Origin: a virus
Lineage: Duplodnaviria; Caudoviricetes
IMG/VR virus record: IMGVR_UViG_3300010270_000394
Coordinates: 36,982 to 100,981 of that record
DNA length: 64,000 bases
Strand: one strand, 5' to 3'
In this document: piece after piece, positions 51,242 through 61,700 of the stretch
How positions within the stretch are numbered: the stretch's first letter is position 1
Layout of the letters: every line of letters begins with the position of its first letter
Notes under the pieces: model-generated
Told to the model about the DNA's origin: nothing
Databases searched by the model: none
Seen by the model: the letters and a program-made list of their open reading frames with translations, nothing else
Position numbers and translations under genes: made by a program

Positions 51242-52042
51242 ATGTCTGTTAATGTGAACGATCTGTCGATCACCAGCCTTGAGACGATCATGGCTTTCGG
51301 CATCAATGGCGGCGCGTATCGTTTTACGCTCGACGAGCTTCAGAACGCGACGATTTCCAACTCTCAGGACAACACTGCTTTGACCGGTAAGGGTGGTCGT
51401 ACCATCGGTCAGCTCAAGCGCAACAAGAGCGTTACCGTGTCTGGTACGAACGGCATGGTTTCTGTTGGTCTTGTTGAGGCTGAGGTTGGCAGCGCCGGTG
51501 AGCATCAGAGCGCCGCGAAGGTCAAGTACATGGATTATCTGACCGTCAACAGCAACAAGGCGACGACTTCTTATAAGGCTGTCGGTACTGTCGGCAATGA
51601 GATTGGCGAGGTGCTTGTCAAGAACAGCGACGGCACGATCAAGGAGCGTCTTACGCAGAACGCAACTGCCGCAGAGGGCAAGTTTGCCTATGATCCCGCT
51701 ACGAAGGAGCTGACGTTTAACACCGGCGATCTTGCCGACAAGACCGAGATCGTGGTTTATTACACCCGTGAGGTTGAGGGCGATGTCGTCAGCAACATTT
51801 CGGATAAGTATTCCGAGACGCTTGAGCTGTATGTTGACGCGATTGCGGAGGACAAGTGCCACAATCAGTATCACGTTCAGTTCTATATCCCGTATGCCGA
51901 CTTCACCGGTTCGTTCGATCTGGCGATGGGCGACACGCAGACCACGCACGGCTTTGAGGCGACTTCCCTTGCTTCCGCTTGCGGCAATGGCGGCACGAAG
52001 TTCTGGGATATGACGGTGTTTGGCGAAGAGACTGCCGCCTAA
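51242..52042 (+). CDS. Major tail (tube) protein
   Basis: Thr/Gly-rich, biased codons, AGGAGG RBS; synteny. Confidence 0.65.
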   Translation: MSVNVNDLSITSLETIMAFGINGGAYRFTLDELQNATISNSQDNTALTGKGGRTIGQLKRNKSVTVSGTNGMVSVGLVEAEVGSAGEHQSAAKVKYMDYLTVNSNKATTSYKAVGTVGNEIGEVLVKNSDGTIKERLTQNATAAEGKFAYDPATKELTFNTGDLADKTEIVVYYTREVEGDVVSNISDKYSETLELYVDAIAEDKCHNQYHVQFYIPYADFTGSFDLAMGDTQTTHGFEATSLASACGNGGTKFWDMTVFGEETAA

Positions 52043-52064
52043 TCTAATTACGAGGTGATTTGAT

Positions 52065-52406
52065 ATGGCAACGCAAGCTGTTCCGTGCCGCGTTTGCGGG
52101 AAGGCTTTTGTCCCCTGCAACAAGCCGAGCAGCGCGTTAGGCGCTTTCAATTACCGTGCTGTCGCTTGCTCTCCTGAGTGTGGCGCTGAATATCTGCGCC
52201 GCGTTCAGGAGGCGCGAGGGCAAACCGTTTCCTCTCCCGCCCCCGATGCAGCGGTGTCTACGGGCGCGGAGGAAACGGCAGTCGCGGAAAACGCGGTTGC
52301 CGTTCCCGTCGTAGAGGAACAGGAGGACGAACCGATTTTTACGGAGCGTTTGAGCCGTAAACAGCGCAAAGCGATGAAGCACGGGGCTGACGCGGACAAT
52401 ATGTGA
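52065..52406 (+). CDS. Small Zn-finger hypothetical protein
   Basis: CRVCG...CSPEC. Confidence 0.6.
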   Translation: MATQAVPCRVCGKAFVPCNKPSSALGAFNYRAVACSPECGAEYLRRVQEARGQTVSSPAPDAAVSTGAEETAVAENAVAVPVVEEQEDEPIFTERLSRKQRKAMKHGADADNM

Positions 52407-52456
52407 GATACGGGGAGGGTTCGCCCTCCCCTTTTCACAGACTTTGGAGGTATTGC

Positions 52457-53062
52457 TTGGGAACTACATTACATTTGGTTTCAGATATTCCACCGTCTGT
52501 TAATCATTATTTGGCATATCGAGCTGTTTTGAAAAACGGAAAGCCTATCGGAACAAGTTATAAAACGCCGGAGGCTGTACGGTATCAGGAACGGTTCAGA
52601 CATTATGTGTGGAATGAGGTTCGTAAACAGGGCTGGAAGCTCAAGCCGAATAAAGAACAGCATTTTTATGTGGATGGATATTTCTATTTTCCTCGCGTGG
52701 ATATGGATTGCAACAACTACTGGAAGTGTTTGCTTGATGCAATAACAGATACTAAAAAAATTTGGCTGGATGACAATGTTGTTTGCGAACGCGCTCAGAG
52801 AATTTATTATGATCCGGAGCATCCAAGAGTGGAACTCAATATTTATCCGGTTGACTACATAGGTATTTTTGACGACTTACCTCAGTTGGAGCAGTTTGAA
52901 GCTCACTGCATCGGTTGTAACAGATACAAGCGAAATTGTAGTCTTTTGGAAAATGCAAAGGCTGGAAAAATTCAGAAAGAAATTGAACAATGCCAATGCA
53001 AGGCATATAAACAAATTGCCACAAAAGGCAAATCTAAAAAACAAGGAGAATTGAAACAATGA
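52457..53062 (+). CDS. rusA: RusA-like Holliday junction resolvase
   Basis: PPSVNHY, DCNNYWKCLLDAI and DDNVV motifs. Confidence 0.8.
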   Translation: MGTTLHLVSDIPPSVNHYLAYRAVLKNGKPIGTSYKTPEAVRYQERFRHYVWNEVRKQGWKLKPNKEQHFYVDGYFYFPRVDMDCNNYWKCLLDAITDTKKIWLDDNVVCERAQRIYYDPEHPRVELNIYPVDYIGIFDDLPQLEQFEAHCIGCNRYKRNCSLLENAKAGKIQKEIEQCQCKAYKQIATKGKSKKQGELKQ

Positions 53063-53706
53063 GTTTGATTGATAAGAACGCGATTTCCCGCATTATGGAA
53101 GTTGCTGATGATCTGAAAGTTGATGGGATCACATATACGCTTTCTAATCCGAAGAATAAGGATGAAGTGGTTGCGGTAGTCAACATCAAGGTTGAACTGA
53201 CCGTTGATGAAAAGGCGGCGTTTGTGGATCGTGTGGTCAATGGTGTATTTGACAGCGACGGAGATTATATGCCTTGGCTGTTTGATCCTCTGTTTATGAT
53301 CACGTTGATTCAGATGACGACCAATGTTCCGGTTTTCAAGCGCAAAATCATAAATGAGGAAACCGGCGAGAAAATTAACGTGGTTGATGTTGAAAAGACT
53401 TATGCGCTGGCAAAGGCGATGAATCTGCGCGGTGTAAATAATGGCGCGTATCAAAATCTTATGAATGAGCTGCAAGGTCTGATCGCGGATAAACTCGAAT
53501 ATCGCAAGCGTATGAATATGAGTCAGGAGCGTCAGATGCTTTCCAAGGCGCGTGAGGAATTGGAAACCGGTGTTGCAATGGTCAGCGCGGTTGCCGATAA
53601 ACTCAATGGAACGCTTGCCAATATGGGTAATATTTCTGATCTTGCGGATGCGGTCAAGAGCGTTGATTACGACGCATTGAGCCGTTCTGTGCTTGCTCAA
53701 GCATAA
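53059..53706 (+). CDS. Hypothetical protein (possible tail chaperone)
   Basis: Synteny; AAGGAG RBS. Confidence 0.55.
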   Translation: MSLIDKNAISRIMEVADDLKVDGITYTLSNPKNKDEVVAVVNIKVELTVDEKAAFVDRVVNGVFDSDGDYMPWLFDPLFMITLIQMTTNVPVFKRKIINEETGEKINVVDVEKTYALAKAMNLRGVNNGAYQNLMNELQGLIADKLEYRKRMNMSQERQMLSKAREELETGVAMVSAVADKLNGTLANMGNISDLADAVKSVDYDALSRSVLAQA

Positions 53707-53737
53707 GTATAATTACAAGGTTATTTTTGATAATAGC

Positions 53738-53766
53738 TTGACTTGATTTGTGTTTTATGGTATAAT
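53738..53766 (+). promoter_or_regulatory. sigmaA promoter of a moron gene
   Basis: TTGACT-17 bp-TATAAT with extended TG. Confidence 0.8.
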
Positions 53767-53794
53767 GTCCATAATCTTAATGGAGGGATTTGAT

Positions 53795-54847
53795 ATGAAA
53801 CGCAAATTGAGTTTTGTTTTGATCATTGGTTGCTGTTTGATTTTCTCCGCTTGTAGCAGTCAAACAGATGTTCAAGGAGAGAATCAGAATGAACCGATTC
53901 AAATTCCGGAGCAAAATTCAGCGCAACAGATCGAAGTTGTGCAGGAACAGGAGCAAAAATCGGAAATTGTGTCGATTGATACGGTTGCGCAAAGCAATTT
54001 TAACAATGATTATCTCTTTCTTGCGGAAAATGGCTGGATATATGGACGCGGAATTAATGGCGGTTATTCAAGTTTCGTGAAAATGAGGACTGATCTTTCC
54101 GATTTTACGACGTTGAATCATATCTATGCGTTGTATCCGCAGCTATCTGATAATTATTTGTATTTTGTTGGAGTTCAGCAAAATGATGAATGTGACATTT
54201 ACAAAATGCGAACCAGCGGAGAAGATATAAGACGTATAGTAAAAAATGGTCATTCTGTTCAGGTGGTTGGTAATTATTTGTATTACGCAGATGAAATAGA
54301 ACATCATTTTTATCGTTGTGATCTTGAAGGTACAAATCAAATCTCGATTATTGACAAAGCAGTATATTTTCCGTTTGTTTTTAACGATATGATTATCTAT
54401 CAAGATGATGCAGACGGAGAAACAATTCATGTCTGTGATTTGGATGGTGGAAATGATCGCAGGATCACGTCGCTGCCTTCGTATTATCCTGTTTATGACG
54501 GCGAGTTTGTGTATTATGTTGCAGATAACACGATCCATAGGGTTTTGCTGGATGGAACTGATGATCAGGAAATCGCTTCATATGAAACGTCGCGTGGTAT
54601 GCTGGCTCAAGGAGATTATCTATACTTCGTTTATTTTGATGACAGCAACAGATTGTATCGGATGAAAAAGGACGGTTCTGGAATCGAACTTGTGACGCAG
54701 GATACCAATGTCGGAGTCGTTCAGTTTTTCGGAACGGGACTGAAGTATTCGGTATTTTCCGATGGATATGAAAATGTTGTCGGAGAATATTTTTGTGAGT
54801 TGAATGGCGGCGAGAAGGTGGATTATTTCGCCATGCTGCAAGAATGA
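53795..54847 (+). CDS. DUF5050-like beta-propeller lipoprotein (moron)
   Basis: Lipobox FSAC; repeated GDYLYF...LYRMKKDGS blades; AT-rich; own promoter and terminator. Confidence 0.75.
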   Translation: MKRKLSFVLIIGCCLIFSACSSQTDVQGENQNEPIQIPEQNSAQQIEVVQEQEQKSEIVSIDTVAQSNFNNDYLFLAENGWIYGRGINGGYSSFVKMRTDLSDFTTLNHIYALYPQLSDNYLYFVGVQQNDECDIYKMRTSGEDIRRIVKNGHSVQVVGNYLYYADEIEHHFYRCDLEGTNQISIIDKAVYFPFVFNDMIIYQDDADGETIHVCDLDGGNDRRITSLPSYYPVYDGEFVYYVADNTIHRVLLDGTDDQEIASYETSRGMLAQGDYLYFVYFDDSNRLYRMKKDGSGIELVTQDTNVGVVQFFGTGLKYSVFSDGYENVVGEYFCELNGGEKVDYFAMLQE

Positions 54848-54857
54848 AATCAAAATA

Positions 54858-54892
54858 GGAGAACCGGAGGTTTCGTACCTCCGGTTTTCTCC
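54858..54892 (+). terminator. Terminator after the moron
   Basis: GGAGAACCGGAGGT-ttcgt-ACCTCCGGTTTTCTCC. Confidence 0.65.
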
Positions 54893-54912
54893 ATATTTGG
54901 GGAGGTGTTTTG

Positions 54913-55371
54913 ATGTCTTTGGACAATGTTTTGAAAAACTTGGATGTATCCAAGGTAAAAGCGCCTTCCGGACTTACCTACGCACAGGAATTGGCGTTGG
55001 CGGCGAATGAGCTGCGAGATTGTATTCAAGCTAGAATACGACGCGAGAGTATGTGTGATGTGCTGTCTGTTGCGACGCTGGCAGACGTTGAGGTGGATGG
55101 AATGTCGCTAAAAGTACGGCTCAAGGTGCAGAATGCACTTCGACCGTCTATTTTTAAGAAATGGAATCAAAGCGACGCGAACGTGTTTTGGCTGCTCAAT
55201 GACGGTTTTGTGGTCAACAAGCCGGTGTGGTTTCGGAACATTAAGAATTTCGGATACCGAGAGGCAGAACAGTTTGTTGAAAAAGGGATTGCTGATTTCA
55301 ACCGGCAAAATCGTTGGGGAATCAAAATCGAAGTGAAAAGACCGCTGCTGTATTATGGCAGAATCGGCTAA
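54913..55371 (+). CDS. Hypothetical tail-module protein
   Basis: GGAGG RBS; precedes the tape-measure gene. Confidence 0.65.
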   Translation: MSLDNVLKNLDVSKVKAPSGLTYAQELALAANELRDCIQARIRRESMCDVLSVATLADVEVDGMSLKVRLKVQNALRPSIFKKWNQSDANVFWLLNDGFVVNKPVWFRNIKNFGYREAEQFVEKGIADFNRQNRWGIKIEVKRPLLYYGRIG

Positions 55372-55436
55372 ATGTGAAATTGATACCTCGCCTGAAAGGG
55401 CGAGGTTTTGTCATATTTTGGAGGTGAAGAAAGAAA

Positions 55437-57467
55437 ATGGCTGTTGACGGACAGATTATACTTGGCTTGGATATAGCGCAGACCAAGGCGCAAATTGAAA
55501 GTGATTTGACTGCTGTATTGGGAACGACGAAAGCAAAACAGTTGGTCATTAAAACTGCGATTGATAAGCAGGAAACGGAAAAAGAAGTTTCAAGTCTTGT
55601 GAAAGACCTGAATGAAAAGATGAAACGGGCGCAAATCGGGCTGGAAATCAACAGCAAGGATGTCACCACCGTTTTGAACCAGCAGAATAAGATCGCAACC
55701 AAGCAAGCGGATTTGAACCGCCAGATGAAAGAGTATCAGGAACTTGCTCAAAAAGCAGGGCTGACGCTCAAGCAAGTCAATTTGAATAAGTTCGATCAGG
55801 CAATCAAGACGGAAAACTTTGACGCGGCAAAAGAGAGCATCCGCGCTGTTAAAAAGGAACTGGAACAGTTTCAGGTTTCCGTCGATAAAATGTTTGGCGA
55901 CACGAAGATTTATTTCGACGTGGATTCTGCCGTGCGGCAGTTTGAACAGCTCAAGACGAAATCAAAAGATGCTGCGGAGCTGATTGAACAACTTAAAAAC
56001 GAGCAGAAAGAGTTTGACGATCCGAATGTAGGCGTTCAAGAAAAACTGCGTGTTTATGAGAACATGAAGCTGATTCTTGGCGAATTGGATTTGGAGTTCA
56101 AACGAATCAAGACTTCCGAGGACGCGATTGCAAAGGATAATACGCTCAATAAGCACATCGCGGACGCGCGAACAATGCTCAAGAATCTGGAAACAACTTA
56201 TCAAAATCTTGGAAGCAGTGATTCGGCAACGAAACTGTCAGCGTCGATTCAGGCGCTTAAAGATGCGCTTGGCGGGATAAAGAAAGGCACAAGCGGCGTT
56301 GAGCTGGCGCAAGGCTGGGAAAGCGTCAGCAATGCCATTGACGCGGCAAAACGGGCTGTTTCCGAGTATAAGGCTGAACAGTCCGGACTTTCTAAGCAGA
56401 ATCAAATTCTGAACTCGATGCGGGATAGGCTGAAAGAGATTTCTACCATTTCTATGCCAAAGTCGAGTTACACTGACGATTTGAGCGAACGAATTCAAGC
56501 GGCACGGAAAGAAGCGGATGAATTGATCCAGACACTTTCTACACTTGATTCGTCCGATGCGGACGGAGTTGCAAAATTAAACGAAAAGTTGGATGCGCTT
56601 CGGGAGAAGTTCAAAGGTTTGCAGAAAGAAGCAAAGCCTTATGAATCGACCGATGGCTGGGATAAACTTCAGCAGAAAATTGATCGCGCCAAGAAAAGCG
56701 TTGAGGAATACGCGGATAAATACAGTGCAATCAAGGGAAATCCAAAACTTGTCAAAGACCTTGAGGAATTGCGCAAGCAAGCGGATCGGTTGACAAATGA
56801 AACCGATCTCAAATATTTTAATAAGAAATTTGCTGAATTTGATAAAGAAGTCCAGCAAGCGGGTTTGCATACCAAGTCTCTTTCCGACCGATTCAAAGAG
56901 GCGTTTAAGAATTTCTCGTACTTCTTCAGCGCAAGCCGGATCATCTATGAGATCGTCAGAGATATTAAGCAGATGGTTACGAATGTTAAGGAACTTGACA
57001 GCGCAATGGTGGAGCTGCGGAAAGTTACCGAGGCGACGGACGCGGAGTTTAAGCAGTTCTTCGCGGACGCGAAAAATGACGCGGTTGAGCTTGGCGTTAC
57101 GGTCAAGGATTTGATCAATGCAACGTCGCAGTTCTCGCGTTTGGGCTATTCTCTGCCGGAGGCGCAGGAACTTGGCAAGATCGCGGCGATGTATTTGAAT
57201 GTCGGCGATGATGTGGAGAGTATTGATCAGGCATCCAAGAGCCTTGTTTCTACGCTCAAGGGCTTCAACATGACTGCGGATCAGTCTACGTCTATCGTTG
57301 ATAAATTTAATGAAGTTGGCAACAATTTTGCAATCAGTTCCGGTGGCATCGGTGATGCTCTGCAACGAAGCGCGGCGGCATTGTACGCGGCAAACAACAC
57401 AATTGACGAGTCGATTGCGCTGATTGTTGCGGCAAATAACGTTATCCAGAATCCCGATCAAGTGGGT
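55437..57467 (+). CDS. Tail tape measure protein, exon 1
   Basis: Coiled-coil followed by a TP901-type core (ELDSAMVELRKVT...DKFNEVGNNFA...NPDQVG). Confidence 0.9.
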
Positions 57468-58750
57468 AGACATTTGCCCGTGAATATAGTAATATATTCT
57501 TTGAAAAACAGCTATATCGGTTAAAAGCCTGAGAAGGTCAAGACCGAGGAAAGATTTTATGATGTATATTGACACTTTGGCGAGTTAGGAGATCGCCAAA
57601 GTATCGGAGGTGAACAACATCGCAAAGAAAACTGGCGTTTATGTGAAATGCGAATGCTGTGGTAAGGAAATTTACAAGACAATGTATAATTTCAAGAAAC
57701 ACAAGCATCATTATTGTTCCAATGAATGTCAATTGATCGTTCAGCACAATGCGGCATTTGAAATGCGAAAGTGTGAAATTTGCGGTAAAGAATTCTCCGT
57801 CAGCAAGAAATCAACGCAAAGATTTTGTAGTAATGAATGTCAACATAAATGGCAGAAGAAGCAAACAGGTGAAAACAACTCACATTATGATAGAGTTCAA
57901 GTTTGGTGTGATTATTGCGGAAAGCCATTATTGATTATTCCAGCAAATGAAACACGATTCAAACATCATTTCTGCGATGAAAATTGCAGAAAGAAATGGT
58001 ATGCGTCAACATGGTCGCAAAATCCAAATTGGAAACTTGAATCTCGTAGACGAGCTGCAAAAATGCTTCCGAATTCCGCGTCAACAGGAACTTTACCACA
58101 TCGTTTAGTAAATGAAATGTTGGATACGATGGGAATTGAATATCAAAATGAAAAGGTAATTGATTTCTATTCTGTTGATATTTATTTGCCAAATTACAAT
58201 CTTATGATTGAAGTGATGGGAGATTTTTGGCATTGTAATCCGCAAAAATTTGATACAGTTTCGCATGACATTCAAAAGAAACGAGTTGGAAAAGATAAAT
58301 CAAAGCATAGTTTTGTTCTGAAGAAGTATGGAATTGAGATTTTATATCTTTGGGAATCTGATATTTATAAGAATGCCGAATTATGCGAAAGATTGATTCA
58401 GGCATATATTGAACACAAAGGGAAACTTCACAATTACCATTCTTTTAATTGGACATTTGATAATTCAATTCTCAAGCTCAAGTCAGAATTGATTTATCCA
58501 TATTGGCAAACTGCAAGTTAATGACCTAACCATTTGACTTGTGGCATATACATCATAAAAAATCCGTAGAGACTGTAATACTTTGTATGGTAACATACAG
58601 AGTTTCGCTGTTCCCCTACTCTTTTCAGAGGGTGAAGATACAGTCCGATCTTGCGCTATAATCTAAAAATGAAACGCAAGAGGAAGGTTGAAAGACCTTC
58701 CCGCCATAGAAATATGGTCAGTAGTCAGACATGGCGAAAGTAACAGAATG
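57468..58750 (+). ncRNA. Group I self-splicing intron (IA-like)
   Basis: Exon ends in U and intron ends in G; P1 GGGU-A/UGCCC; P3 AACAGC/GCUGUU; P7 GACUGUA/UACAGUC; splicing restores QVG-TMWKTVAMRIRGA in frame. Confidence 0.92.
57610..58521 (+). CDS. Intron-encoded putative homing endonuclease (3 TRASH-like Zn fingers + Vsr/DUF559-like nuclease)
   Basis: Three CxxCGK...(F/Y)CxxxC repeats; VDIYLP...IEVMGDFWH...LWESDI; AT-rich. Confidence 0.82.
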   Translation: MNNIAKKTGVYVKCECCGKEIYKTMYNFKKHKHHYCSNECQLIVQHNAAFEMRKCEICGKEFSVSKKSTQRFCSNECQHKWQKKQTGENNSHYDRVQVWCDYCGKPLLIIPANETRFKHHFCDENCRKKWYASTWSQNPNWKLESRRRAAKMLPNSASTGTLPHRLVNEMLDTMGIEYQNEKVIDFYSVDIYLPNYNLMIEVMGDFWHCNPQKFDTVSHDIQKKRVGKDKSKHSFVLKKYGIEILYLWESDIYKNAELCERLIQAYIEHKGKLHNYHSFNWTFDNSILKLKSELIYPYWQTAS

Positions 58751-61700
58751 ACAATGTGGAAAACAGTTGCGATGCGTATTCGCGGAGCAACGACAGAACT
58801 GGAACAAGCTGGACTTGAAACTGAAGGCATGGCGAAAAGCACCGCTTCCCTGCGCGATACGATCATGCAGATCACAAACATCGACGGCAAGGGCGGTTTT
58901 GACATCATGCTTGATGATAAAACGTTCAAGTCTACCTATGACATTATTCTTGGTATCGGTAAGGTCTGGAAGGACATTGCCGACGTGGATCAGGCGGCTC
59001 TTTTGGAGCTGCTTGCCGGTAAGCGGCAGGGCAACGCTCTGGCGGCGGCGCTGACAAACCTTGAGGATTTGCAGAAAGCACTTGAGACTTCTGCTGATTC
59101 CGCTGGCAGCGCACAGAGAGTGTACGAAGTTTGGCTGACGAGTCTTGAGGCAAAGATTAATCAGTTTAAGGCTGTATTTGAGGCGCTTTCCGATACGGTT
59201 TTCAATTCGGAACTTCTCAAGAACGCTGTTGATTTTGGAACGGAACTCCTGAAAATTTTGGATTCTTTGATTCAGAGCTTTGGTGGTTTGGGAAATATGC
59301 TGGTGAATATTGCTGCTATTGTGGCAATGTTCAATGTATCTCAGACCATTTCCCTTCTGACTAAACTGTTGAACAAGATCAATCTGTTCTCCAAAGCAGA
59401 AAAGACGATCAGAAATGTTGCGGCGGCAATTGATTTGGCAAAGAACGGAGCTGCCGAGGGCGGCACTACGCTTGGTCGATTCGCAAGCGCGTTGACTGGC
59501 GTGAGTCAGACTGCGGCGTTGGCAACAATTGGAATTGCCGCCGTTGTCGCGGCGATTACAATTGCGATTGCCGTATATAAAAAGCATCAGCAGGAGTTAG
59601 AGGAAACACGGCGTAAAACTCTGGAAACAGCGAACGCGGCGATTACTGAAGCAGACGCTTTCCAAGAGGCGTATATCAAGTATAAGCAGTATGCGAATCG
59701 CACCGATTTGACGGAGAGTGAAGAAGAAGAGTTTAAGGCGGCAATTGATGAAGTCAATAAAGCCTTAGAGGATAAGGCATATTGGCTTGGAGTAAACACG
59801 GATCGAACCAACGATTACGCGGATGCTTTGGATAGAGCCGCGCAGAAAGAGTTTGAAAAAGCGCTTACAACCGCTAAACAGGCACAACAAGCGGCGAAAG
59901 AGTTGTTAAATTCTGATTCTTACAGCTCTTGGAACGGGAGTCTGATTACGCTTGATCTTTCCGGTCGAACTGGCATTGAAAAATTCCAGAATGCTTTGGA
60001 AACGGTTCGCAAATACATGGGTGACTATCTGGATGAAGGCACTTATGGCTTGGAACTTGAACCGATCAATTGGGACAGCAATGCCGGAACATTGGATGCG
60101 ATTGATTCTGTTGTTCAGTATTATCATAAGTTGATTGAGACACGGGATGCTTTGACTAATCTCGATCAAATGGATAATGACATTTACAATGGAATTGTAA
60201 AAATTATCGGTAGCATCGAAGATGATGTTAAGGCGTATGAAAAGGCAACATTTGATGTACTGAAAAATCAATATTATATTGACAATGGCATACCGAAAAC
60301 TGTTGAGGAATTCAAGACATTCCGTCAGAATATCATTGATTCAATGGGTGAAGATTTTCAAGTTGATGTTTCTGATGACAGCAGTTTTGTAAATTGGATC
60401 GACAAACAGTTGCTTGATGACGACACTTATAAAAAGTTTGCATCTGAAATTGCTAACGAAAGTGCCGTTGCAGATCAGATTCGGCAGAATCGCAAGGATT
60501 TGGTCAATGAACTTACAAAGTTTGACGAATTCCAGAAAGCGGACTGGCATGGAGCACTTGGATTGCTTCAGCAGTATCGGGCATATGTGGACGATCTTTC
60601 CAGCGACGAGCTGACCGCTGCATTAGAGCAAATCAAAAACGGCGCGGTAAAGAGTTTTGGAGATTTGAAAACCGCGATGGAAGCGTTCAAAATTCCGACG
60701 CTGTTTTCTGGCAATGAACTTGGTAATCTGCGTGAGTTCTATGACGACATTCAAAGGCTCAACAAACAGGCGCAGATGCTTGGCGTAGAGCTGGATAAGA
60801 CGGTTTACGGCAACATAGACACAAACAACCGTCAAATCTTGGAATGGACGGACGAGAATATTGAACGATTCCGCAAGGAAATTGAATCGTGGGATATGAT
60901 TCCGGAGGAATTGGCTGGCAATATTTCGACTGTGTTAGGTTCGTTTGATGAATTTGATGGCGTTGAAATTGCTTATACGCCAATTCTAAATACAAACGAC
61001 GGCGCGGAGCTGTTGAGTAAGGACACGGTATTCCGTTATTTTGAGGCGCTTGCGGAGAAAGCCGGAGAGGGCTGGACAAATGAAGATTTTCTGCGTCTTG
61101 ACGCGGAAGGTCTTGAGATCGACGGGCGAAAGATCAGCAATTTGATCGCCGGTATCGGTGAGGAAGCGGAACGCGCAAGCTACGCGATGCACTTTACGGG
61201 CAATGTCGGCGCGATTGCGCTGGATATGCAGGAGCTTGAAAACGCGGCTGAAAATGCTGGTATTTCCGTTGAGGCGTTGATGTTCTATCTGGAACAGATG
61301 ACGACGCGGTATGCCAACAGCGCGGAAGGTATTCGCAATACGCTTTCCGAGCTTTGGGGCAGCGACGATTTTAAGACGGCGCGGCAAGAGATCGAAAAAC
61401 TGGCAAAGACCGCTGGCGGCGTGACCGTTGATGCGGTAAACAAACTTGCCGATTCGAGCGAAGAGCTGCGAAATATTCTCAATCAGGACGGTATGAGCGC
61501 CGAGTTTTTGGCAAAGGTGCTGACGCAGCTCGGCAAAGGCAATTATGACGCGCTGAATCTTGTTACCGAGGATGCTTTGCGGCTTGGCGACGCGCTGATG
61601 GGCTTGGAGGATCAGTTCGGCAACGTAACGGCGGCAAAAAGCAAGTTTGATGCCGCTATGAGTGCCGGTGAAAAGAACGATAACTTCAAGTCTTATGCAG

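Larger units (their letters stand above)
2596..53719. repeat. Dispersed asymmetric 17-bp repeat ATAA(C/G)NNNAATTACAA-N, about 21 copies
   Basis: Minus-strand copies (leftmost coordinate): 2596, 4221, 4289, 5110, 6371, 11626, 17243, 19622, 19761, 22470, 23257, 23489. Plus-strand copies: 19686, 23414, 24175, 24285, 26517, 30087, 33038, 38206, 53703. Confidence 0.9.

Noticed and set aside
50735-52150. Long antisense ORFs (also 1198-2097, 16089-17249, 38596-39831, 60986-62206, 62888-63898)
   Set aside because: They are shadows of codon-biased genes on the opposite strand.
2596-53719. 17-bp repeats as a CRISPR or mini-array
   Set aside because: Copies are dispersed, irregularly spaced and tied to promoters and gene junctions; no cas genes are present.
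55437-57524. Stand-alone 695-aa gene or pseudogene
   Set aside because: The last 18 codons are intron read-through; splicing restores the frame.
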